This document shows, in pieces, positions 1 to 8,329 of a DNA stretch of 64,000 nt (its first letter is position 1; each line of letters begins with the position of its first letter). The notes beneath the pieces were generated by a model, which was not told the DNA's origin, did no database searches, and saw only the letters and a program-made list of their open reading frames with translations. The translations under genes were made by a program, and so were the position numbers. The stretch spans positions 5,585-69,584 of the forward strand of contig CACELJ010000003.1 of the NCBI GenBank assembly GCA_902560275.1, read 5' to 3'. This DNA is from an uncultured SAR86 cluster bacterium. Its GTDB lineage: Bacteria > Pseudomonadota > Gammaproteobacteria > Magnimaribacterales > AG-339-G14.

Positions 1-3000
1 GGATGTGGTTGCAGAGCCACCACTATTTAGACCCGCAAACCATTGCATGATTGAAAAGTTATCATTATTTATATGGCTAGAAAAAGCATTGGTATCTGCA
101 ACTCCCATAACAGCACCTGTCGAACCTGTTCTGCCTGGATCACAAATCATAAGGTGATTATTAGCCAATGAATTACAAACCGAGGGGATGTTCATATATC
201 CAGTGGTAGCTGGATTCCATACATCGTTTAAAATACCACTGTAATCTAAAGTCCCTCCATTGTTGGTGATACCATCAAGGATTGATTGCGTTATAGTTAC
301 ATTACTTTCGGTAGAGCCAGATGCTCCACTCAAACCACTCCATCCAAGCTCGCTAAAAATACCTTGGGCTTGAGCCATATTCTGAGTAGATGAACAACAT
401 CCGCCGCTGTGCTCCCACATGGTGTGGAAAAAATTGCCTCCACTCTCAATCCAATCTGCTAAATCACTATTTGAATAACCAAAAGTGTATGTACCCAAAT
501 TGTTAACAACAAGAACACCTACATCATCCAGATTAATACCGGCACCACTTAAACAAGTAGATAAATTTACATTGTAGCAACTTTGAAATGTATAACCTGC
601 TCCGGTGATAGCAGTTTGCCATGTATTACCCGAGGCTCCTAGACCTGAGTATCCAGTGTAGTTAGCGTTAGAACCACCAATAACCCCATAAGTGCGTTGT
701 CCATTGCTGGATTGATAACTTATGCTAGCACCTGCCTTGTCGGTGGTCATAAACCAGAAATTACCGCCTTTCATTCTGCCTGCTGAAATAACTTCTGAGT
801 TGCTAATGGTCGTTTCTACTGACGTGCCCAAAAGGCTTTTGTACTTACCGTCGACCGAAGCGGAGTTAGGTGCAAATGCGAATTGTCCGTTGCCGCCGGT
901 ATCGGTTGGAAAAAAGTAGCGCCAATTGAGTGCTGTGCCTCCGGCAATTTCGACCGGAACGGAATTATTGTTTGTGTTGTCAACGTTGGTGATGTCATCG
1001 GTTGGCGCCGTGCCGACTTGTTCTAAATAATAATTCGGCAAACTGGATCCAGACGGTCCTCTGGTTGCTGTAGCAGCAAAGCCCGATCTAGAAACCGCAT
1101 GATAATCAGCAGAATATCGCAACACCACCGAATTAATTTCATTTTGGTTGGTAACCGGCACAACGATGTTGGTTGAGGTGGTATCGCTACCTTGCGTTGC
1201 CGTTAAGGTAAGGGTGTGCGATTTTGCGGTTTCAAAATCGAGTGTGGTTGCGGTGGTTGAAATGGCTCCGGTGCTTGAGTTAACTGCAAACAAACCTCCG
1301 TCATTACCGGCGGTAATGCTGTAGGTGGGTGAGCCACCGTCGTTTTCTATGCTGCTCACAGCATAAAGCACGGTCCCGCTGGAGGTATTTTCTGTGGCTA
1401 AAGCGCTTTGACTGGTGACCAAAGCCCCCAAATCAACGTCGCTAATGTTGAGCGTAAACGTTTCCGATGTGGTCGTTGTGCCGTCGGTTGCCGTCACCGT
1501 AAAGGTGTGCGACGTTTTAGTTTCGAAATCAAGTGCGCTTGCCAGAGTTACTTCTCCGGTTGCGGAATTGATCGCAAATTTATTATCGGCATCGGTCAGT
1601 GAATACGTGACTGTTCCTTCTGCTTCGCTAGCGCTAGAGGATAAGATAATAGATCCGGTACTGATAGTCTCAAGTTGGCTTGCACTAGCCAAACTAGCAG
1701 AAAGCGAAAAATCTACATCGTTAATTTGTAGGGTAAAGGTTTGCGACTCGCTGTTGCTGCCGTCGCTTGCAGTAACGGTAAACGAGTGCGAAGTTTTCGT
1801 CTCATGATCGAGCGCATTAGCCAAGGTCACTTCCCCAGTAGATGAGTTAATGGCAAATTTATTATCCGGATCGGAAATGGAATACGTGACGGCGCCTTCC
1901 GCGCCGCTGGTGCTTGAACTTAAGATGACCGAACCGGTAGAGATGGTTTCGTTTTGAGAGCTTGCCGCCAAACTTCCGGAATACACCAATTCAGCGACGT
2001 TACCGACGTTAATGGTAAGGACTTTTGTGGTGGTACTAGTACCGTCGCTTGCGTTTAAATTAATTGAATAAGAGGTAGTCGTCTCGTAGTCCAAAGCACT
2101 AGCTAGGGTAACCTTACCGTCGGCGTCCACACTGAATTTATCGCTGCCCGTACCTGAAAGCGAGTATGTAATCGTATCGTCTTCTGGATCGGAGCCGGTG
2201 GACGTAGCAATAGTTGTCCCCACAGCAGTGTTCTCTTGAAATGAGTTAAAAGCAACTGATGAGGTAACTGTTGGTGCTTCGTTGCTGTCCGTAATGGAAA
2301 CAGTAACCACTTTAGGAACCGTAAACAAACCGTCGCTGGCAAAAATAGTTAACTCGTAACTTTCTGTTGTTTCGTAATCCAAAGAATCGATTAAAGTGAT
2401 ATTTCCGTTATTGTCGATTTGAAAGTTTTCACTGCCTGTCCCCGCGATGGTATAAGTGACGTCAACTCCTTCAGGGTCCAGACCGGTTGCTGTGGCGAGC
2501 ACTGTTCCAGCAGCAGTGTTTTCAGCGACCGTGAAATTATCAAGGCTCAAGCTCGGGGCTTCGTTATCATTGACTACGTAAATGACTACGTCTTGAACAA
2601 TTTCATTGATTCCATCCGAGCTGACCACTTGAATTGTGAATTGGCTTTGAGATTCAAAATTCAACTCTGAGGTCAGAGTGATTTCTCCGGAATTTGAGAT
2701 AGCGAAGTTATCGCTGCCTGCTCCGGTTAGAGTGTATTGCACGGCGTCGCCGTCTGGATCGGCAACCGTAATGTCGGCAACCACGGCGCCTATTTCGGTG
2801 GTCTCACTGATATTCGAGCCGTTGACTTGAACATCGTTTATCGATGCGTTGACCGAGAGTAAGTTATTGTGGGTCATCGAAAGCATGCTCGGCGCTTCGT
2901 TGACGTCGTCTACCTCAATCGTTAAATCGTTGATTTGAATGTTCCCAAGATCATCGGTAACCACCAAAGTAATATCTAAAGTATCGTTGGTTTCATAATC

Positions 3001-4626
3001 CAAACCGTCGATAAGTTGGATGGAATTTGTCTCTGGATCAAAGACGACCTTGTCGCTGTCTTCTCCGGTAATCTCAAAGTTAATTTCATTTTCTCCAGGA
3101 TTGGTGATCGATAGCGTTGCAACGGTGGTGTTGCTTTCGTTTTCTGTAACTGAGGTAGTGGCGACAACATCGACCTCTGGCGCACCGACCGACTCATCGG
3201 CAGCAGTTTCTTGTGCAACTTCGGTTACCTCTTCAACTACTTCCGTTTCTTCTTGTGTTTCGGTTTCAGTTTCGGTGGCTACTTCGATATCTGTTCCTGT
3301 ATCGATGTCTGTTGCAGTGGTTAATTGATCCGGAGCAACTGCTGAAGAGTTATCGGATATACCGCTTGAGTCTAAAGCACTCTCGTCTATTTCGGGTTCG
3401 GTATCAGTATCCGGTCCGGCATCCAAGGCATCGGTATCGGGGCTGGCATCGGCCTCGCTGCCACCAGCTTCAGTTTCAGTTGTTACAGCTTCATCTGATG
3501 ATCCGGTATCTGAACTAACGTCGCTTTCGCTTTCACTTTCTGTAGTTTCCGAATCTGAGCCTACATCAGATCCTTCCTCACCTGAACTATCTGAAGAATC
3601 GTCTTCAGTCCCAGCATCATCATTGCTCTCAGACTCCTCGCTGCCTGAATCTTCAGATTCAGATTCTGAATCTGAATCCTCAGAACTTTCTTCGTTTGAA
3701 TCTTCGCTTGATTCTTCTTCACTTGACTCTTCTTCGCTGGATTCCTCTTCTGATTCTTCCTCTGACTCTTCTTCGCTGGATTCCTCTTCTGATTCTTCCT
3801 CTGACTCTTCTTCTTCGGATTCTTCTTCTGATTCCTCTTCTTCGGATTCCTCTTCTTCGGATTCCTCTTCCTCAGACTCTTCTTCTTCGGATTCTTCTTC
3901 TTCGGATTCCTCTTCCTCAGATTCTCCTTCTTCGCTGGATTCTTCCTCCGATTCCTCTTCCTCTTCTTCAGGCGAGCCTTGAAGGCTTTGTTGCATAGAA
4001 AGTAACTGATCTGCGGTTAAAAGTGACACGTCTTCAACATCTTCCAACGGATCATCAACTACGACCACGAAGCCGTTACGGGTCAGTACGTATGTGCCAT
4101 CTTGATTCAAATTAGGCGTGACGCTCATCTCATCGCCATAAATGAACGATGCTTCGGTCGTATCGCCTTCACTGTCGACAAAGACAATACCCCCTCTGAT
4201 ACCAACGGTTGCTGCGTTGGTTCTGATGATGGCCGGATTACTTTTAGTGACCTTACCCCCGACTAAACGCATCAAGCCTTTACTGGTAACGGTCAACGAA
4301 CCTTCAGCGGTTTCCGGATTGTATATAAAAGAGTCAAGGGTAACCGAAGAATTAGGCCCAACGGTAAATGCCGTACCGTCGATGAGCAGCATTTGAGCTT
4401 TGCCTTTCTCATCGGTTTCAATCGTATGATTTTGGATGATTTTATAACCTTCATCCACGAGTCTGCGCTCTTGTTCCAGAGTTAAATCAGTTGTGGTGGT
4501 GTCGACTGCAGCAGCGACTCCGATTCGTTCTTGCGCTCCGATTACTCCTGTGATTAAAAGTAACGCACTAAACAGTATGGTTGATGGTTTAGAGGGCACA
4601 AGAAAATGTAAAACTTTCTTGCTCAT
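1..4626 (-). CDS. Large secreted FecR-domain / cadherin-repeat surface protein (>1540 aa, C-terminus beyond left edge)
   Basis: Hand translation from ATG at 4626: signal-like MSKKVLHFLVPSKPSTILFSALLLITGVIGA, then FecR-like segment (AQMLLIDGTAFTVGPNSSVTLD...TNAATVGIRGG), long E/S/D linker, about 7 cadherin-like repeats with LDYET/LDFET/LDHET motifs; the same frame is open at position 1. Confidence 0.88.
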   Translation of the reverse strand, partial: MSKKVLHFLVPSKPSTILFSALLLITGVIGAQERIGVAAAVDTTTTDLTLEQERRLVDEGYKIIQNHTIETDEKGKAQMLLIDGTAFTVGPNSSVTLDSFIYNPETAEGSLTVTSKGLMRLVGGKVTKSNPAIIRTNAATVGIRGGIVFVDSEGDTTEASFIYGDEMSVTPNLNQDGTYVLTRNGFVVVVDDPLEDVEDVSLLTADQLLSMQQSLQGSPEEEEEESEEESSEEGESEEEESEEEESEEEESEEEESEEEESEEEESEEESEEEESEEESEEESSEEESEEESEEESSEEESSEEESSEDSNEESSEDSDSESESEDSGSEESESNDDAGTEDDSSDSSGEEGSDVGSDSETTESESESDVSSDTGSSDEAVTTETEAGGSEADASPDTDALDAGPDTDTEPEIDESALDSSGISDNSSAVAPDQLTTATDIDTGTDIEVATETETETQEETEVVEEVTEVAQETAADESVGAPEVDVVATTSVTENESNTTVATLSITNPGENEINFEITGEDSDKVVFDPETNSIQLIDGLDYETNDTLDITLVVTDDLGNIQINDLTIEVDDVNEAPSMLSMTHNNLLSVNASINDVQVNGSNISETTEIGAVVADITVADPDGDAVQYTLTGAGSDNFAISNSGEITLTSELNFESQSQFTIQVVSSDGINEIVQDVVIYVVNDNEAPSLSLDNFTVAENTAAGTVLATATGLDPEGVDVTYTIAGTGSENFQIDNNGNITLIDSLDYETTESYELTIFASDGLFTVPKVVTVSITDSNEAPTVTSSVAFNSFQENTAVGTTIATSTGSDPEDDTITYSLSGTGSDKFSVDADGKVTLASALDYETTTSYSINLNASDGTSTTTKVLTINVGNVAELVYSGSLAASSQNETISTGSVILSSSTSGAEGAVTYSISDPDNKFAINSSTGEVTLANALDHETKTSHSFTVTASDGSNSESQTFTLQINDVDFSLSASLASASQLETISTGSIILSSSASEAEGTVTYSLTDADNKFAINSATGEVTLASALDFETKTSHTFTVTATDGTTTTSETFTLNISDVDLGALVTSQSALATENTSSGTVLYAVSSIENDGGSPTYSITAGNDGGLFAVNSSTGAISTTATTLDFETAKSHTLTLTATQGSDTTSTNIVVPVTNQNEINSVVLRYSADYHAVSRSGFAATATRGPSGSSLPNYYLEQVGTAPTDDITNVDNTNNNSVPVEIAGGTALNWRYFFPTDTGGNGQFAFAPNSASVDGKYKSLLGTSVETTISNSEVISAGRMKGGNFWFMTTDKAGASISYQSSNGQRTYGVIGGSNANYTGYSGLGASGNTWQTAITGAGYTFQSCYNVNLSTCLSGAGINLDDVGVLVVNNLGTYTFGYSNSDLADWIESGGNFFHTMWEHSGGCCSSTQNMAQAQGIFSELGWSGLSGASGSTESNVTITQSILDGITNNGGTLDYSGILNDVWNPATTGYMNIPSVCNSLANNHLMICDPGRTGSTGAVMGVADTNAFSSHINNDNFSIMQWFAGLNSGGSATTS
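3695..3970. repeat. In-frame coding tandem repeats (12/15-nt units encoding EEES/EEEES), including a perfect 39-bp tandem duplication at 3724-3801
   Basis: Read directly: TGACTCTTCTTCGCTGGATTCCTCTTCTGATTCTTCCTC twice, followed by TCTTCTTCGGATTCC-type units. Confidence 0.9.
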
Positions 4627-4639
4627 AATGTTTCTATTC

Positions 4640-4662
4640 TGACATTCTGTCATATTTTGACA
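4640..4662. promoter_or_regulatory. Candidate operator TGACA-N3-TGTCA-N5-TGACA upstream of the adhesin gene
   Basis: Interlocking inverted repeats 14-36 nt upstream of the start codon. Confidence 0.35.
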
Positions 4663-4735
4663 CAAAACTCTAATTTCCGCATTTAAAAAGCTTTCGAAAG
4701 ATAACCAAGACAACTATTTTCAGGAATTTTTTTAA

Positions 4736-5071
4736 TTAATCAACACCCGTATTAAAATTAACGAGAACGACGCCCAAGATGATAAAAGCCATCCCCAGGG
4801 TGGTGATCGAATTGGGCATTTGACCGTATTTGATGGCGGCAAAGATATTGATCAAAACCAGCCCTACTCCGGACCAAATGGCATAGGTCACGGCAACTGG
4901 AATTTGTTTCAGAGTTAAGGAAATAAAGTAAAAAGATGCTGCGTAACTGACCGCGGTGATCACGCTGGGCGTCAGGCGCGTAAAACCTTCGGTATCGCGC
5001 AGATATATAGTCCCGATCACTTCGGTGACGATTGCTATTGATAAAAATAAATAAGCAACAATAATACTCAT
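4736..5071 (-). CDS. SMR family small multidrug exporter (EmrE/Qac-like)
   Basis: 111 aa, 4 TM, conserved Glu in EVIGT, YAIWSGVG motif. Confidence 0.9.
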   Translation of the reverse strand: MSIIVAYLFLSIAIVTEVIGTIYLRDTEGFTRLTPSVITAVSYAASFYFISLTLKQIPVAVTYAIWSGVGLVLINIFAAIKYGQMPNSITTLGMAFIILGVVLVNFNTGVD

Positions 5072-5104
5072 ACAGGCATAATATTACACAAATACGGAGT
5101 ATGC

Positions 5105-5863
5105 ATGACAAAACATAATGCTTTAAGAATGCTCGGCAGATCGGGAAATCCAACGCTCAGCGATGCAACCTTCGCTGGGTTTGAAACCACCGGCGTAAAA
5201 ACCATGACTTTACAAGGCACGGTGAATAAAGTCGGTATTCTGCTGGCCCTTGTAGTTGGCGGAGCTTTGTTCACTTGGAATCAATTCTATTCGACGGGTA
5301 GCGCTGGCTTTTTGATGCCCGTTGGTTTATTTGGCGGCATGATCTTTGCGGTAATCACTATGTTTAGACCGACCCTGGCCATGTACACAGCTCCTATTTA
5401 TGCGATTTTACAAGGCCTTTTCTTAGGTGGAATTTCAGCGGCGTTTGAAAGTATGTACCCGGGCATTGTTATCCAAGCTACAGGTCTTACCTTTGGAACC
5501 TTGGCTTCTTTATTGGTGCTTTATAAAACAGGCGTCATCAAACCCACGGAAAATTTCCGTCTAATGATCGTCTCGGCCACCATGGGGATTGCCGTCTTGT
5601 ACGCCATCAGTTTTGTCATGAGTCTCTTTGGTTCTGGCATTGGGTTCATTCACTCCAACGGTTTATTCGGCATCGGTTTTAGTTTGTTCGTTGTCGGTAT
5701 TGCAGCGATGAATTTGGTGTTGGACTTTGACTTCATTGAGGATGGCGCAGAACGCGGTGCGCCGAAATACATGGAATGGTTCGGTGCGTTCGCCTTAATG
5801 GTTACTTTGATCTGGCTGTACCTTGAAATGCTCAGATTGCTTGCGAAAATACGCAGCCGTTAA
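5105..5863 (+). CDS. Bax inhibitor-1/YccA-like membrane protein
   Basis: 7 TM; LVLDFDFIE...GAPKYMEWFGAFALMVTLIWLYLEMLRLL signature. Confidence 0.9.
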   Translation: MTKHNALRMLGRSGNPTLSDATFAGFETTGVKTMTLQGTVNKVGILLALVVGGALFTWNQFYSTGSAGFLMPVGLFGGMIFAVITMFRPTLAMYTAPIYAILQGLFLGGISAAFESMYPGIVIQATGLTFGTLASLLVLYKTGVIKPTENFRLMIVSATMGIAVLYAISFVMSLFGSGIGFIHSNGLFGIGFSLFVVGIAAMNLVLDFDFIEDGAERGAPKYMEWFGAFALMVTLIWLYLEMLRLLAKIRSR

Positions 5864-6072
5864 TGGATCTCAATACGTTATTTTTCGGCGGTCTTATCGT
5901 CGTCTCTTTGGCTGTGTTTTTTTACTTGAGTCGTTTTCGAGCCTCGGCCAGTCAACGCAATCGTGACAATAAAATAGATTGGACAAGTCGCCGTTACTGG
6001 TGGTATCGCTGGGTCTTCCTTGGTTTGGTGACCTTGGTGAGCGTTGCAGCGTTGGTTCGCATGCTTAGTTAA
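5863..6072 (+). CDS. Small two-TM hypothetical protein
   Basis: 69 aa, TAATG coupling to upstream gene, two hydrophobic segments. Confidence 0.7.
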   Translation: MDLNTLFFGGLIVVSLAVFFYLSRFRASASQRNRDNKIDWTSRRYWWYRWVFLGLVTLVSVAALVRMLS

Positions 6073-6123
6073 TTGTCTATGCTTAGTTGCCTTTTGTGTG
6101 GCTTTTTAGCCTACCTTATTTGA

Positions 6124-7677
6124 GTGAACATAAAATCTGACGTCTTGATCGTTGGCAGCGGTGCAGCAGGTCTAACTTTAGCGCTGAATCTTGCCGATCA
6201 TCGAAAAGTTACGTTGATCTCCAAAGAAACCCTCGTTGATAGCTCAACTTGGTACGCGCAAGGCGGCATTGCTGCGGTGTTAGCCAAAGAGGATACCGTT
6301 GAAAGTCACATTCAAGATACTTTAAAGGTGGGCGACGGCATTTGCGATGAGCAAGCGGTTCGCTTTACGATTGAAAACAGCAAAGCTGCAATCGAATGGT
6401 TGATCGACATGGGCGTTGAATTTACCCGCATGGCTGACGGGACCGATTACCATTTGACTCAAGAAGGCGGTCACAGTCAACGCCGGGTGATTCATTCCGA
6501 TGACACCACAGGCCGAGAAATCTCTGATTCGTTGGCGCAACGAGTCAGACAACATCAAAACATTACCGTTTACGAAAAACACCTCGCTGTCGATTTGATT
6601 AAAGACGGGGAGCGTTGTCTGGGGGTGTATATTCTTGAAAGAGCAACGGGTTTGATTAAAACTTTTTCTGCCAGCCATACCGTTCTGGCTACTGGCGGAG
6701 CCAGTAAAGTCTATTTTTATACCAGCAACCCGGACGGAGCGAGCGGTGACGGTTATGCTTTAGCAGCACGCGCAGGGTGTCGTCTGGCAAACATGGAGTT
6801 CAACCAATTTCATCCCACCTGTCTTTATCATCCGCAGGCAAAATCTTTTTTACTCAGCGAAGCGCTTCGCGGTGAAGGGGCTATTTTGCGCCTCCCGGAC
6901 GGTGAGGCTTTTATGGAGCGCTTTGATGTGCGGGGAGATTTGGCTTCCAGAGACATTGTCGCCCGGTCGATTGATTTTGAGATGAAGCGTTCTGGCTTAA
7001 ACCACGTCATGCTGGATATGACCCATGCTGAGAAATCGGTGATCCAACAAAAGTTTCCGAGCATCTTTGAGACGTGCTTGTCTTTTGGTTACGACATGAG
7101 CAAAGTTCCTATTCCGGTGGTACCAGCAGCTCACTACACTTGCGGCGGGGTTATGGTAGATCTCTCCGGTAAAACCGATATTGACCGGCTCTACGCCATA
7201 GGCGAAGTTTCCTACACAGGTTTGCACGGAGCTAATCGCATGGCGTCTAATTCCCTGCTGGAATGCATTGTCTTTGGTAAAGCAGCAGCTGAAGTGATTT
7301 TAAACGATGATCCCATCGACCAGCCGGAACTGCCCTTGTGGGATAGCTCAATGGTGGTGGAATCGGACGAGAAAATTATTGTCAACCACAATTGGAACTT
7401 GGTCAGACGTTTGATGTGGGACTACGTTGGGATCGTGCGTTCCAATAAACGTTTAGCCAAAGCAGCTGCTGAACTAGCAGCTATCCAAGCAGAAGTGGAG
7501 GATTATTATTGGAACTTTTCAGTTACCTCAGATTTGATTGAGTTGCGAAACCTTACTCAAGTTGCCGAACATATAATTAAAAGCGCGCAGCTAAGAAAAG
7601 AGAGTCGCGGCTTGCACTTCTCTATAGATCATCCAAAAAAGTTGAATCTCACTGAACCAACGGTAATTAAACCCTAA
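6124..7677 (+). CDS. nadB: L-aspartate oxidase
   Basis: GSGAAG FAD motif, YAQGGIAAV, QFHPT, AHYTCGG, GLHGANRMASNSLLE. Confidence 0.96.
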   Translation: MNIKSDVLIVGSGAAGLTLALNLADHRKVTLISKETLVDSSTWYAQGGIAAVLAKEDTVESHIQDTLKVGDGICDEQAVRFTIENSKAAIEWLIDMGVEFTRMADGTDYHLTQEGGHSQRRVIHSDDTTGREISDSLAQRVRQHQNITVYEKHLAVDLIKDGERCLGVYILERATGLIKTFSASHTVLATGGASKVYFYTSNPDGASGDGYALAARAGCRLANMEFNQFHPTCLYHPQAKSFLLSEALRGEGAILRLPDGEAFMERFDVRGDLASRDIVARSIDFEMKRSGLNHVMLDMTHAEKSVIQQKFPSIFETCLSFGYDMSKVPIPVVPAAHYTCGGVMVDLSGKTDIDRLYAIGEVSYTGLHGANRMASNSLLECIVFGKAAAEVILNDDPIDQPELPLWDSSMVVESDEKIIVNHNWNLVRRLMWDYVGIVRSNKRLAKAAAELAAIQAEVEDYYWNFSVTSDLIELRNLTQVAEHIIKSAQLRKESRGLHFSIDHPKKLNLTEPTVIKP

Positions 7678-7678
7678 G

Positions 7679-7918
7679 TTAATCTTTGCTTCTTGATTCG
7701 TTGACCACCAAAGGTCTGCCTTCGAAGTCTTTGTCATTCAATTCAGCAATTGCTTGCTCGCCACCGTCAGCCATTTCAACAAACCCGAAACCTCTAGAGC
7801 GTTTTGAGAATTTATCGACAATGATTTTTGCTGAAGTGACGGTACCGAATTGTGCAAAGAGCTCTTCGAGCTTATCATCCGTGACCGACCAAGGGATATT
7901 CCCTACGTAAATATTCAT
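7679..7918 (-). CDS. RRM-domain RNA-binding protein
   Basis: RNP2 IYVGNI and RNP1 RGFGFVEM. Confidence 0.93.
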   Translation of the reverse strand: MNIYVGNIPWSVTDDKLEELFAQFGTVTSAKIIVDKFSKRSRGFGFVEMADGGEQAIAELNDKDFEGRPLVVNESRSKD

Positions 7919-7992
7919 AAAATCCTAAAAGAGATTAGTGTACAGATGTTTCCGTAACACGTCTTAATTAAATTGCGACAATTCTGAAAAAT

Positions 7993-8187
7993 TTAAGCAA
8001 GGGAACAGGTCATATCCATGCCGCAGCATAAAGGCGATTTAATTTTGCCTTCGCAGCTGGTGCATTTTGAAATCTGTACTTCCCTGCCATCGTCTGTAAT
8101 CAACACATCGTCGATCAAAGCCAAGTCACATTTTGCGCAGGAAGCATTGACTGCCATCCCGCATTTAGAGCATTCATAAGTAGCCAT
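7993..8187 (-). CDS. Small Cys-rich putative metal-binding protein
   Basis: 64 aa, three CxxC plus CCGxxMxC (9 Cys). Confidence 0.75.
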   Translation of the reverse strand: MATYECSKCGMAVNASCAKCDLALIDDVLITDDGREVQISKCTSCEGKIKSPLCCGMDMTCSLA

Positions 8188-8261
8188 CGATTTATTATAT
8201 TAGAAAAAAGAGTTTATAAAAAACCTTGTCTTTTCTTAAAAATTCATCAGAATGAAGTTCA

Positions 8262-8309
8262 TAAAGTGATTTGTCCCTGCTTGCATACTTTAACTGCTAA
8301 AACGGGACA
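8262..8309 (+). ncRNA. SAM-II-type riboswitch aptamer
   Basis: P1 TAAAGTG(8262-68)/TACTTTA(8286-92); conserved GATTT, TTGC and GCTAAAA; pseudoknot TGTCCC(8272-77)/GGGACA(8304-09); directly upstream of metF-metE. Confidence 0.85.
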
Positions 8310-8329
8310 CCTTAATAAAAGGTGTATTA

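Noticed and set aside
3695-3970. Repeat array as possible CRISPR
   Set aside because: No unique spacers; units are codon-multiple coding repeats; no cas genes
722-4396. Short ORFs in the track, including the Ser-rich 3623-3982
   Set aside because: Antisense or off-frame shadows of the large minus-strand adhesin gene
4758-5153. 131-aa ORF overlapping the SMR gene
   Set aside because: Alternative frame with no recognisable features
6061-6088. 10-bp direct repeat ATGCTTAGTT before nadB
   Set aside because: Only 8 nt apart with no element between; insufficient evidence of function
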